DNA from: Hyalangium minutum
GTDB lineage: Bacteria; Myxococcota; Myxococcia; Myxococcales; Myxococcaceae
Reading direction: 5' to 3'
DNA: 64,000 nucleotides
NCBI RefSeq assembly: GCF_000737315.1
Contig: NZ_JMCB01000001.1
Span: 434,001 to 498,000 of the forward strand
Of this stretch, positions 28,933-38,357 are shown in pieces. Under the pieces are notes generated by a model. That model was not told where the DNA came from. It saw nothing but the letters and a program-made list of their open reading frames with translations, and made no database searches. Position numbers and translations under genes: made by a program. How positions within the stretch are numbered: position 1 is the first letter of the stretch; each line of letters opens with the position of its first letter.

Positions 28933-30435
28933 TCAAGGCTCCTGGGAGGTTGGCGGGCGCAATACCGGCCCCAGAGCGTGGTAGCACTTACCCTGGTAGT
29001 CGTAGAGTGTGTCACCGCATGGAGGGCGCTCATCTTCAAGCGGACCCAACCAACAACCTCCGTTGATCTCCTTCTCGCCGCGCAGGCAAGGTGGCGTGCG
29101 CTGCCCAGGGAGCGGGGTTTTCGGCATCGGTCGGCCGAAAGCAAGAAAAGAGGGGGGTACTGCTCCAGACACGTCCTGCACACTGGCCAGAGCCTCCTCA
29201 GCCACTCCAGCATCCGGTGTCAGCTCGCGCGCTACCTCCTCCGGTGCTGCGAGCCAGGGAGTGGGGGACAGCGCGGGCTGAACCTGGGGCGTCGGAAGGG
29301 TGATGAGCAAGGCGGCAAGGGCCACCACCACCCCAGTTCCCAGCGCGGAAGCAGCGGCCTGCGTGAGCCAGGGGGGCAAGCCTTGCCGACGGCGGCAGTC
29401 CCCGTGCGTCGAGGAACTGCGCGAGGACGGAGGGTGCCGAGAGGGTTCGGTGCCGGAGCTCCCACTGGCAGGCACATCATTCTGTCCATCCGAGGAAGGA
29501 GGACCGCTCTCTGTCTGAAGCGCACTGGCAGTGGAGCGGATGTGTTGGTCCAGCCCCTCCCCATTGGACTCCACCAGCACGGTGCACTCTCGAACGAGCT
29601 GTTCCGCGGTGCCCCTGTCTTTCGGCACATCCGATAGCAGCCTGAGGATAATCTTCTCAAGTTCCACACACACCGTGGCCCGCTGAGTGGGCGGAGGCAC
29701 CTCGCGCTCGATGACGCCAGCTCCATCCGTGCAGGGAGGGGGGTAAGCGCCCGTCACGAGCCGATAGAGGGTGACACCTAGGGCATACAGGTCATCCGAG
29801 GGATGGGACTTCCACCGTGCCTCCGTGTCCATCCGGAAGCGATACACGAAGTCTCGCTGCTCTGGTGGCCGGTACGCGCTGGTTCCCGGGGGCGCTGGTG
29901 AGTCCGTGAGGGCGCGCCCGTCTGCCTTCCAACAGCTCCCCCAGTCGAGGAGCACGGCGCGGCCTTCGGAGGTGACACGAATGTTGTCGCCTTTCACGTC
30001 CCGATGGATGACTCCGCGGGCGTGAGCGGATGCCAGGGCGCCTGCGAGCTGCACCAGCACCCGGAGCACATCCCGGCTGGTGCGCGGCTGCACCTTCAGC
30101 CACTCGTAGAGGCGCAAGCCCTGCACCAGCTCCATCACCACGTAGGGATAGAGGCAGGACTTCGACCCTGTCCACAGTCCTCGGTCCTCGAAGCGAGGCA
30201 TGCTTGGGGGCCCACCCTCCTCCAGCACCTCCGACTCGCGCTCGAAGCGCGCGTCCCATGGGCTCTTGGCCATTTTGAGCGCCACGGGGGGGGATTCCGG
30301 GTGGCCGGCGCGGCAGGCCCGGAACACCACTCCGAAGGTTCCGGAGTCCAGGCGCTCGAGGATCAGCCAGGCTCCCACAATGGAGCCGTGCACGGGGGGA
30401 TGAGGGTCTGCGGCTGTCACGTCATCATCACTCAT
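28933..30435 (-). CDS. Membrane Ser/Thr protein kinase, copy 1
   Basis: LDSGTFG, VALK, HRDVKGDN, DWG, PPE, DLYALG; TM helix; C-terminal 4-Cys domain. Confidence 0.92.
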   Translation of the reverse strand: MSDDDVTAADPHPPVHGSIVGAWLILERLDSGTFGVVFRACRAGHPESPPVALKMAKSPWDARFERESEVLEEGGPPSMPRFEDRGLWTGSKSCLYPYVVMELVQGLRLYEWLKVQPRTSRDVLRVLVQLAGALASAHARGVIHRDVKGDNIRVTSEGRAVLLDWGSCWKADGRALTDSPAPPGTSAYRPPEQRDFVYRFRMDTEARWKSHPSDDLYALGVTLYRLVTGAYPPPCTDGAGVIEREVPPPTQRATVCVELEKIILRLLSDVPKDRGTAEQLVRECTVLVESNGEGLDQHIRSTASALQTESGPPSSDGQNDVPASGSSGTEPSRHPPSSRSSSTHGDCRRRQGLPPWLTQAAASALGTGVVVALAALLITLPTPQVQPALSPTPWLAAPEEVARELTPDAGVAEEALASVQDVSGAVPPSFLAFGRPMPKTPLPGQRTPPCLRGEKEINGGCWLGPLEDERPPCGDTLYDYQGKCYHALGPVLRPPTSQEP

Positions 30436-30708
30436 GAAGTTCTCTCCGAAGAAGGTAGGGAGCCGGGGAGCACCCTACCTCATCGGTAGCCAGCCAGGCA
30501 CCCGCCCCCTTGGGTAGCGGACAGGACAAGCCCCGAGGCAAGCACGCCCAGGGCCAGCTTTGGCTTGCTTAGGATCAACTGAGGGCTGGCAGGGTTGCAG
30601 AGGGTGTCGCGGCTCCGCGCACGGTCAGGGGTGCCAGCCCCCCTCGAGTTGCGGTAGTTCTCGTGAAGCTGTTCCAACGAGGTCGCACCTGAGCTGGGAG
30701 AACATCAC

Positions 30709-31902
30709 GTGACGTTTCAACGGGAAGAGGTGGCATCGAGCAAGGGCTGGCGGTGGGGAGTGGTCCTGCTGGCGGCGGTGGCCGGGTGTGCTGGGGAGAA
30801 GAAGGAGGTTCCGTCCCCCGAGCAGGAGGCGCTGCGGGCCGCCGAGCAGGCCTCTCTGCAGCTGTCGCCGCCTGCCGGGTGTACAGAGATCACTCTGGGC
30901 GAGCTTCAGAATGGCACCGAGCTGACGCCGGTGCTGTATGGGTCACAGCCGACGTATCGCGGAGAGTTCTCGAGCTTCGGAGACCCTGCGGTCGCGGACG
31001 CCGCGCGCATCCGGCTCGACGTGAACACGGCTCCCGGGCTCCATGAGCTGGCGGCGGGCGGCACCAACCTGTTCCAGTGCGAGCAGTGCGTGTGGGGCTA
31101 CCAGGATCTGGGTTCACCGGCGCAGAAGATGTTCGTCGCCGAGTCGGGACAGCTCCTGCTGGCGCGCAAGGTCTCGCCACAGCAGACCCTCGGTGCGCTC
31201 TCCAACGTGGTCCTGCGCGAGTCGGTGAACGCGCCGCCGACCGGTGTTCCGTACGCCGGAAGCGCTCCGGTGCCGGGCGGTGAGTGCCGTTGGATCCGCT
31301 TCGCGACGTGGAACACGATTCGCCCGGGTGGCTGTGATCCCCGCGACAGCTCGGTGACCGCGAACTTCCTGCGCCGCACCTGCGTCGCCGACGATGCTGC
31401 GGCCACCGATGGCACGATGGAGTGGTCGCTGGGTGCGAAGAAGCAGGGTGAGGCATGCCAGTACACGCCAGCGGCGAGCACGAGCGAGCTCGCGTCGACG
31501 GACTGCGCGCAGGGCTACGCCTGCTCCGGCGCCTACACCGACGAGCGCCAGTGCCTCGTCACGTGTGACTTCATGGCGGCGGATCCGGGCTGCCCGACCG
31601 GCACCGTGTGCGGCGTCTACGGCCTGTGCATCGAGCAGGCGGTCATGGAGCCCATCGGCTACCTCTTCGAGCCAGCGCTCATCGGCGAGTCCTGCAGTGT
31701 TGGCTTCGCCGAGTTCTGCGGAGTCGAAGGCGCGCGAGGCCTGTGTGCCGACGTGACAAGGTCGGGCACTGGTACCTGCTATCCCTACAAGCGCGCGCGC
31801 TCGGAGTGCGGTGCGGGCGAGGAGCTTGGCTACATCTCCTACCCGCTCCCCGGCGGGGGGAGCGATCGGACCTACGGGTTCTGCTATCCCGACGGCCGCT
31901 GA
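30709..31902 (+). CDS. Cys-rich lipoprotein, intact copy
   Basis: Lipobox-like VAGC; many Cys pairs in the C-terminal half; divergent from kinase copy 1. Confidence 0.8.
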   Translation: MTFQREEVASSKGWRWGVVLLAAVAGCAGEKKEVPSPEQEALRAAEQASLQLSPPAGCTEITLGELQNGTELTPVLYGSQPTYRGEFSSFGDPAVADAARIRLDVNTAPGLHELAAGGTNLFQCEQCVWGYQDLGSPAQKMFVAESGQLLLARKVSPQQTLGALSNVVLRESVNAPPTGVPYAGSAPVPGGECRWIRFATWNTIRPGGCDPRDSSVTANFLRRTCVADDAAATDGTMEWSLGAKKQGEACQYTPAASTSELASTDCAQGYACSGAYTDERQCLVTCDFMAADPGCPTGTVCGVYGLCIEQAVMEPIGYLFEPALIGESCSVGFAEFCGVEGARGLCADVTRSGTGTCYPYKRARSECGAGEELGYISYPLPGGGSDRTYGFCYPDGR

Positions 31903-32220
31903 AGCGGCAGCACGCGGTGCATCCTCCGCATTCCTCACCTTCACGGCGGCGGTGCGGCCCGGATAACCGGGCCTACGTCATCGCGTTCGGCTGCGTAGCT
32001 ACCCAAGGCAAGGCCTGATACAGGGACGCGAGCCCATCGGCTCGGAGCCGCGTGCCTCGCGGCCTACTTGGGAGGGACTCTCGCCGTCACCGAGCTGGGG
32101 AACTTCCCAGTCCCGGTGTTGGGAGCCGGCGCGGGGCCTGTGCTTGGCTGGTATTCCTCGCTCTGCATCCTCCAAGTCTTCGCTCGAACGGAGTGAGGAT
32201 TGCAAAGGGGGCACGCATGA

Positions 32221-33723
32221 TCAGGGCTCCCCCGAAGTGGGCGTCTTGGGACCGGTGAAGGAAGCGAAGTAGCAGCCGCCTTCGTATTCGAACATCTTGT
32301 CGCCACAGGGCGGCACTTCTTCCCGGAGAGGGCCAACCCAGCAGGCCCCGTTGATCTCCTTTTCACCGCGCTCACAGGGCGGGCGGCGCTGATCCGGGTA
32401 GGGCTTCGAGGGCATCGGCCGCCCGAGGGACAGGAGCCACGGCCCCACTCGTCGCTCCACTTCCTGCACGCGGGCCAGAGCCTCCTCACCCACCCCTGCA
32501 TCCGGCGTCAGCTCGCGCGCTACCTCCTCCGGTGTGGCGAGCCAGGGCGTGGGGGACAGCGCGGGCTGAACCTGGGGCGTGGGGAGGGTGATGAGCAGGG
32601 CAGCAAGGGCCACCACCACCCCAGCGCCCAGCGCGGAAGCGCCGGCCTGCATGAGCCAAGGGGGCAAGCCTTGCCGACGGCTGCAGTCACTCAGCGTCGA
32701 GGAGCTGCGCGAAGACGGAGGGGGCCGAGAGGATTCGGTGTCGGAGCTCTCACTGGCAGGCGCATCATTCTGTCCATCCGAGGAAGGCGGGCCGCTCTCC
32801 GTCGGAAGCGCACTGACAGTGGAGCGGATGTGTTGGTCCAGCCCCTCTCCATCAGACTGCACCAGCACGGTGCACTCTCGAACGAGCTGTTCCGCGGTGC
32901 CCCTGTCTTTCGGCACATCCGATATCAGCCTGAGGATGATCGTCTCGAATTCCACGCACACCGTGGCCCGCTGAGTGGGCGGCGGCACCTCGCGCTCGAT
33001 GAGGCCAGCTCCATCCGTGCAGGGAGGAAGGTAAGCGCCCGTCACGAGTCGATAGAGGGTGACACCTAGGGCATACAGGTCATCCGAGGGACGGGACTTC
33101 CACCGCGCCTCCGTGTCCATACGGAAGCGATACACGAAGTCTCGCTGCTCTGGTGGCCGGTACGCGCTGGTTCCCGGGGGCGCCGGTGAGTCCGTGAGGG
33201 CGCGCCCGTCTGCCTTCCAACAGCTTCCCCAATCGAGCAGCACAGCACGGCCTTCGGGGGTGACGCGAATGTTGTCGCCTTTCACGTCCCGGTGGATGAC
33301 TCCGCGGGCGTGGGCGGATGCCAGGGCGCCTGCGAGCTGTACCAGCACCCGGAGCACATCCCGGCTGGTGCGCGGCCGCGCCTGCAGCCACTCGTAGAGG
33401 CGCAGGCCCTGCACCAGTTCCATCACCACGTAGGGATAGCGGCGGGACTTCGGCCCTGTCCACAGTCCGCGGTCCTCGAAGCGGGGCATGCTTGGGGGCC
33501 CACCCTCCTCCAGCACCTCCGACTCGCGCTCGAAGCGCGCGTCCCATGGGCTCTTGGCCATCTTGAGCGCCACGGGGGGCGAGTCCGGGTGGCCGGCGCG
33601 GCAGGCCCGGAACACCACTCCGAAACTTCCCGAGTCCAGGCGCTCGAGGATGAGCCAAGGCCCCACGATGGAGCCATGCACGGGGGGATGAGGGTCTGCG
33701 GCTGTCACGTCATCATCACTCAT
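32221..33723 (-). CDS. Membrane Ser/Thr protein kinase, copy 2
   Basis: Same motifs and length (500 aa) as copy 1. Confidence 0.92.
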   Translation of the reverse strand: MSDDDVTAADPHPPVHGSIVGPWLILERLDSGSFGVVFRACRAGHPDSPPVALKMAKSPWDARFERESEVLEEGGPPSMPRFEDRGLWTGPKSRRYPYVVMELVQGLRLYEWLQARPRTSRDVLRVLVQLAGALASAHARGVIHRDVKGDNIRVTPEGRAVLLDWGSCWKADGRALTDSPAPPGTSAYRPPEQRDFVYRFRMDTEARWKSRPSDDLYALGVTLYRLVTGAYLPPCTDGAGLIEREVPPPTQRATVCVEFETIILRLISDVPKDRGTAEQLVRECTVLVQSDGEGLDQHIRSTVSALPTESGPPSSDGQNDAPASESSDTESSRPPPSSRSSSTLSDCSRRQGLPPWLMQAGASALGAGVVVALAALLITLPTPQVQPALSPTPWLATPEEVARELTPDAGVGEEALARVQEVERRVGPWLLSLGRPMPSKPYPDQRRPPCERGEKEINGACWVGPLREEVPPCGDKMFEYEGGCYFASFTGPKTPTSGEP

Positions 33724-33996
33724 GAAGTTCTCTCCGAAGAAGGTGGGGAGCCGGGGAGCACCCTACCTCATCGGTAGCCAGCCAGGCACCCGCCCCCCTG
33801 GGTAGCCGACAGAACAAGCCCCGAGGCAGGCACGCCCAGGGCCAGCTTTGGCTTGCTTAGGATCAACTGAGGGCTGGCAGGGTTGCAGAGGGTGTCGCGG
33901 CTCCGCGCACGGTCAGGGGTGCCAGCCCCCCTCGAGTTGCGGTAGTTCTCGTGAAGCTGTTCCAACGAGGTCGCACCTGAGCTGGGAGAACATCAC

Positions 33997-34474
33997 GTGA
34001 CGTTTCAACGGGAAGAGGTGGCATCGAGCAAGGGCTGGCGGTGGGGAGTGGTCCTGCTGGCGGCGGTGGCCGGGTGTGCTGGGGAGAAGAAGGAGGTTCC
34101 GTCCCCCGAGCAGGAGGCGCTGCGGGCCGCCGAGCAGGCCTCTCTGCAGCTGTCGCCGCCTGCCGGGTGTACAGAGATCACTCTGGGCGAGCTTCAGAAT
34201 GGCACCGAGCTGACGCCGGTGCTGTATGGGTCACAGCCGACGTATCGCGGAGAGTTCTCGAGCTTCGGAGACCCTGCGGTCGCGGACGCCGCGCGCATCC
34301 GGCTCGACGTGAACACGGCTCCCGGGCTCCATGTCGGGCACTGGCACCTGCTATCCCTACAAGCGCGCGCGCTCGGAGTGCGATGCGGGCGAGGAGCTTG
34401 GCTACATCTCCTACCCGCTCCTCGGCGGGGGGAGCGATCGGACCTACGGGTTCTGCTATCCCGACGGCCGCTAA
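33997..34474 (+). pseudogene. Internally deleted, frameshifted copy of the Cys-rich lipoprotein
   Basis: Matches 30709-31045, then jumps to the 31762-equivalent position (junction CCATG|TCGGGCACTGG at ~34333); 716 bp missing; ends TAA 34474. Confidence 0.9.
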
Positions 34475-34626
34475 AGCGGCGGCACATGGGCGCGCAGTCC
34501 CACTCCGCGCCCCCCGCAGGCATCGCCACTCTCGGCCACCTGGAGGGTGTGTCCGGCCCGAACAGACGCAGGTACGTGTCACCCGAGAACGCTGTGCCCG
34601 CCAGGACCCATCCCAGAGTTCCTTCG

Positions 34627-34770
34627 CGCAGACTTCCGACCGAGTCGGAACTGGCCAACGGCGTGCCGCCCCTGCCCGCAGAGCGGCGAGCGCAGACTTC
34701 CGACCGAGTCGGAACTGGCCATCAGGCCCTGGAGCCGGAGCACCGTCCGCGTTCGCGGACTGCACCTGTC
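34627..34770 (+). repeat. 144-bp triple-dyad module, copy A
   Basis: Two GCAGAC-TTCCGAC-CGA-GTCGGAA-CTGGCCA units 64 bp apart plus GTCCGCG-TT-CGCGGAC; direct repeat of 40046-40189. Confidence 0.9.
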
Positions 34771-34957
34771 AACGATCCGGGCTGGCAGGCCCAGGCCGTG
34801 CGGCTGCGCTACACATTCGACGCTCAAGAAGCACCGTGTGAGGAGGACGTGCACTTCACCTCGCTTACGCCTCGCCCGCCGATGGCGTGGCCATGTGGAA
34901 CGTGCAGCGCGCCTTCACCTGCCGAGGCCCCCGCTGCGAGCATCAGATGAGGCAGCG

Positions 34958-34981
34958 GTGGGTTCGATTCCCGCTGCCTCC
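34958..34981 (+). mobile_element. att-like site resembling the tmRNA 3' end (T-arm plus acceptor strand), copy 1
   Basis: GTGGGTTCGATTCCCGCTGCCTCC; one mismatch to the copy at 39831. Confidence 0.65.
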
Positions 34982-35046
34982 GCGCGGCTGGGGGATGGGC
35001 CGATCCAACTCCTGCACCGCGCTCTCCCGCGCCTCGGGCGACAGGT
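34982..35046 (-). pseudogene. C-terminal remnant of a tyrosine integrase
   Basis: Minus strand HLSPEARESAVQELDRP resembles the (YA)HLSP...AV..LD tail after the catalytic Tyr of phage integrases, and abuts the att-like site. Short match only. Confidence 0.55.
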
Positions 35047-35050
35047 GCCA

Positions 35051-35241
35051 GAATCGCTCTCACCCCTCCTGCTCCCTTCACGGACGCCAACACCCTGAAG
35101 CCTGCCTCCACACCTCAAGCACGCCCTTAACACATCCAGGGCGAACGTCTTCAGCAGCCCGGCCCAGTCCAAACGGGGTGGGCCCTCCTTCCAAAGGCTC
35201 CTCCACCCTCGCGGCAAAGGCGGGGCTCTCCTCCGTAAGCC
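35051..35241 (-). mobile_element. IS91-like (Y2 HUH) transposase C-terminal remnant, copy 1
   Basis: PRLDWAGLLKTFALDV..CLRCGGR...RVLA.VKGAGGVRAI zinc-ribbon-like tail with frameshifts; near-identical to 38028-38217. Confidence 0.6.
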
Positions 35242-35306
35242 CCGGCTCCGCCCCTGCTTGAGGGAGCGCTCGTCTGGCGAGCGCGCCCGACGGCGGACTT
35301 CGTGTT

Positions 35307-35435
35307 GCTCGTGCCCACACCATCGAAGAGGCCATCTTGTGGCACGGAGGGCAGGGCCGCGCGAACCGGGACCGCTTCAAGGCCATGTCAAAGGAAGAGC
35401 GCGGCGAGCTGATCGACTTCGTGAACTCGCTCTGA
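35307..35435 (+). pseudogene. 3' remnant of a di-heme oxidoreductase (DHOR/DUF1111-like) gene
   Basis: ARAHTIEEAILWHGGQGRANRDRFKAMSKEERGELIDFVNSL* matches the family C-terminus as recalled; no 5' portion present. Confidence 0.6.
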
Positions 35436-35484
35436 TCCCTGGTGCTTTCCGGGGTGGAATGAGTCGAATTGCGTGGAATGAAGT

Positions 35485-35522
35485 CCGGCGGCCGGAATCC
35501 TCCAAGGGGTTCCGGCCGCTGG
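35485..35522. terminator. GC-rich hairpin between convergent gene ends
   Basis: CCGGCGGCCGGAATCCT-CCAA-GGGGTTCCGGCCGCTGG, 17-bp stem with G-T pairs. Confidence 0.55.
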
Positions 35523-35562
35523 CATTTCAGGCTTCCCTTCAAGGACTCTCGAAACCCAGGGA

Positions 35563-37620
35563 CTATGGCACGGTGGCACCCCTGGCCTCGGCGCGCTCCC
35601 ACACCTGGATGTAGCCCTCGGCCGAGTTCATCAGCGGGTCCAGATCTTGGCTGCGGAGGCCCTGGCGGTGCAGGTCCGAGATGAAGTCCGGGAGCATGCC
35701 GACGTGCGCCAGGCCATCCTCGTTGATGTCGAAGACCTTGCTGCCCACCACGATGCGCTCCAGCTTCGTGGGGCTGTTCTCCACCGCGATGCTCAGGGGG
35801 TAGCGCGTGCGGGCCACCTGTTGGGCGGAGCTGCCGCCGTGGCACGCCTCGCCGCCAAAGCGCGGGCCCGGCAAGCCGGCCAGGCCGTTGAAGTCCGTGC
35901 CCAGGCCCACCGCCATCCCGCTCTGCTGCTGCGTGAGAGAGAGGTACGCCTGTGCCCAGCTCTGCGAGGTGTTGCCGCACTGGTGCTCCACCACCGGCTG
36001 GCCCGCGCCGCGCCAGGTGGGCACCTCGTCTCGCGAGCCCTGCTCCACGATGAGCGACACCATGCCTCCCACGTTGCGGATGCGCTGGAGCTGCGTGGCC
36101 TTGAGGCTGCCCTCGTGACGCTTGCCGCCGCGAGCCGTGTCGAACAGCGTGGTGTGGCCGCTCACCACCGGGTAGCTGTAGGGCTCCACCATCCCCAGCG
36201 TGTCGTCGAAGGCCCGCTTCGACATGTGGTCGATGTCGATGATCATCCTCCGGCGCATCATTCCGCGCACCAGCGTGCGGCCCAGGCTCGTGAGCCCCTG
36301 TGCGCCGCAGATGGGAGCCCGGGTGATGTCCCGCTTGTACTCGTAGCCCTCCTGGGAGCAGTCGCGCGAGTCGCCCTCGGTGATGATGTTGGTGAGCGCC
36401 GAGCCGCCGAAAGCGTTCTGCTTGAAGTGGATGGGGATCAGGTGACGCAGGCCCTGCGCCTGGTAGGAGTCCAGTCGCTCCTCCACGTAGGCGGCCGTGC
36501 ACGAACTGTCGCGGCGACAGTCGAAGAGGTAGTCCACCTCCGCGCCCAGGACCACCGCCAGCTTGCCCTGAGCGATGACGGCGCGAGCCTCCGAAGGTGA
36601 CCTCACGATGCGGTACCAGCCCCGCCCCGCGCCGCCGGCCTTGGAGTCGATGTAGCTCTGCATGGCATAGGCCTCGGCGATCTGCAGATCCACCGCCTCC
36701 ATGTCCGCGCCCGTGCGGCCCGGTGCCTTCTCCGCGTAGATGGGGAAGCCGAGCAGGTCCTGGTTGTTGACGGCCAGCATCACCATCAACCGCAGGCCGC
36801 CCTGCACGGCGCGGTAGAGCCAGTCCTCGTACATGGACTGGTGGGTGTAGCTGTTCCAGCGCGGCCAGCCATCGAACTGCGGATGGCCGCCCACCAGGTG
36901 GCCCGCGCCGCCGGTGCCGTAGCCCAGGGTCGCCATGATGCTGCCGAAGGAGTCTCGAGTCCCTCCAGGCCCGTGGACGCTGTTGCACCAGGGCAGCGCG
37001 GTGGACAAGGGGCCGTACGCCTTGCCGAAGAAGGCCTTGCCCCCAAAGGCGAGGTTGGCGAACTGGTGCGAGTGAAGATCCGCGAAGCCCTTCGCGGGAG
37101 CCTTGCAGTAGCAGGTGACGGCGGTGTCTCCCTGCTCGGCCGCCACGTCATCGCAGGACAGACAGGAGCCCGTGTGGGGGCCGCTCGTGACCTGGCCCTT
37201 CACGCACGCGCCGCGCTGGCCCCAGTTGGCGTCGCGGTTGGCGCAGAAGGCATCGCAGCTCACCGCGCCGTTGTTGCCTGGCTTCGAGAAGGTGCCCGCC
37301 GGTGGCGTGGAGCTGCACTCCGTCACCGGACTGCAGGTGGTGTCGGCCACCTCGAACTCGCCCCACATGCCGGAGGTGCCCTTGTTCACGCAGCGGGTAG
37401 GGCGCAGGAAGGCATAGCCGGACACGGTGGCGCCTGTGGCCTGGCACGCGCTCTCCCACGAGGTGTTGGCCGACACGCTCAGCAACTGCGCCGAGTACTG
37501 GCGCCGGCCCGAGTCCGTGCACCGGTCCTGCCGGAACGTACCCCAGTAGGGAGCGGCGATCGCCGAGGAAGAAATACACAGCACCCACCCCAGCACGGTG
37601 AAGCGAAGCATGCTCGTCAT
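35563..37620 (-). CDS. Secreted membrane-dipeptidase-family (M19 amidohydrolase) protein with Cys-rich N-terminal domains
   Basis: Signal peptide; FADLHSH (HxH), LGAEVD, IIDIDHMS, VVSGH, GLGTDFNG. Confidence 0.8.
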   Translation of the reverse strand: MTSMLRFTVLGWVLCISSSAIAAPYWGTFRQDRCTDSGRRQYSAQLLSVSANTSWESACQATGATVSGYAFLRPTRCVNKGTSGMWGEFEVADTTCSPVTECSSTPPAGTFSKPGNNGAVSCDAFCANRDANWGQRGACVKGQVTSGPHTGSCLSCDDVAAEQGDTAVTCYCKAPAKGFADLHSHQFANLAFGGKAFFGKAYGPLSTALPWCNSVHGPGGTRDSFGSIMATLGYGTGGAGHLVGGHPQFDGWPRWNSYTHQSMYEDWLYRAVQGGLRLMVMLAVNNQDLLGFPIYAEKAPGRTGADMEAVDLQIAEAYAMQSYIDSKAGGAGRGWYRIVRSPSEARAVIAQGKLAVVLGAEVDYLFDCRRDSSCTAAYVEERLDSYQAQGLRHLIPIHFKQNAFGGSALTNIITEGDSRDCSQEGYEYKRDITRAPICGAQGLTSLGRTLVRGMMRRRMIIDIDHMSKRAFDDTLGMVEPYSYPVVSGHTTLFDTARGGKRHEGSLKATQLQRIRNVGGMVSLIVEQGSRDEVPTWRGAGQPVVEHQCGNTSQSWAQAYLSLTQQQSGMAVGLGTDFNGLAGLPGPRFGGEACHGGSSAQQVARTRYPLSIAVENSPTKLERIVVGSKVFDINEDGLAHVGMLPDFISDLHRQGLRSQDLDPLMNSAEGYIQVWERAEARGATVP

Positions 37621-37809
37621 GTGACGACTCCGAGGTCGTTCCTGCCAGTCAGGCCGGTAGCTTCGGCTGGATTCAACACAGTGTCACCGCTTTGGTGGCC
37701 GGTGAGGGCGCGTGCCGGGGACTACCCGATCGTGGGCGGGGGCGGGAGGATGGGGAACTGCATTGGGCGTAGCGGGCGGGAGCAGAGCGGGAGGTGAGGG
37801 ACGCTAACG

Positions 37810-38217
37810 GGGAGCCCATGAGCCGCACGCCGAGCCGGCGCAGAAGCCATTCATCTCCAGCAAACACACGCCTGCCCAGCCCAGCCGCATTCCCAGCAGG
37901 GGCGCGGCAGGGGCCTGGCTCTCTTGGCGGGCTGGGGCGGCTTGAGTTTCAACACCCCGCGCTCTGGGGCGGCCCTCGCGCATCGGCCAGGTGCGCACTC
38001 GCCGGGGGCAACCCCCCACTGCTCCACAATCGCTCTCACCCCTCCTGCTCCCTTCACGCACGCCAACACCCTGAAGCCTGCCTCCACACCTCAAGCACGC
38101 CAACACATCCAGGGCGAACGTCCTTTTCAGCAGCCCGGCCCAGTCCAAACGGGGTGGGCCCTCCTTCCAAAGGCTCCTCCACCCTCGCGGCAAAGGCGGG
38201 GCTCTCCTCCGTAAGCC
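37810..38217 (-). mobile_element. IS91-like transposase C-terminal remnant with downstream non-coding tail, copy 2
   Basis: PRLDWAGLLKRTFALDVLACLRCGGR..RVLACVKGAGGVRAIVEQ, frameshifted; left boundary approximate. Confidence 0.6.
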
Positions 38218-38357
38218 GAGGGAGAGTGATGCTCCCTGCCTGTGGACAGGCCACGCAGCCCCCTTGGGGTACACTCCTGCCCAGGCTGCGCTCCCAGGTG
38301 GCGTAGCCGGCGCGTGGACGCTTGCTGAGGGAGTACGCACCGTGGCAGCGTCAGGCG

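Larger units (their letters stand above)
28933..34487. repeat. Tandem segmental duplication (28933-~31915 and 32221-~34487), offset 3288 bp
   Basis: Kinase starts 30435/33723 and lipoprotein starts 30709/33997 share the same offset; the intergenic regions are almost identical. Confidence 0.95.

Noticed and set aside
30480-30677. 65-aa ORF repeated at 33768-33965
   Set aside because: Conservation is explained by the recent duplication; no RBS or motif.
34626-34721. CRISPR-like geometry (32-nt palindromic repeat, 32-nt spacer, repeat), also at 40046-40139
   Set aside because: Only two units per locus, the spacer is conserved between loci, and there are no cas genes.
33997-34950. 317-aa fusion ORF
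   Set aside because: Read-through from the deletion frameshift into the repeat module; not protein-like after the junction.
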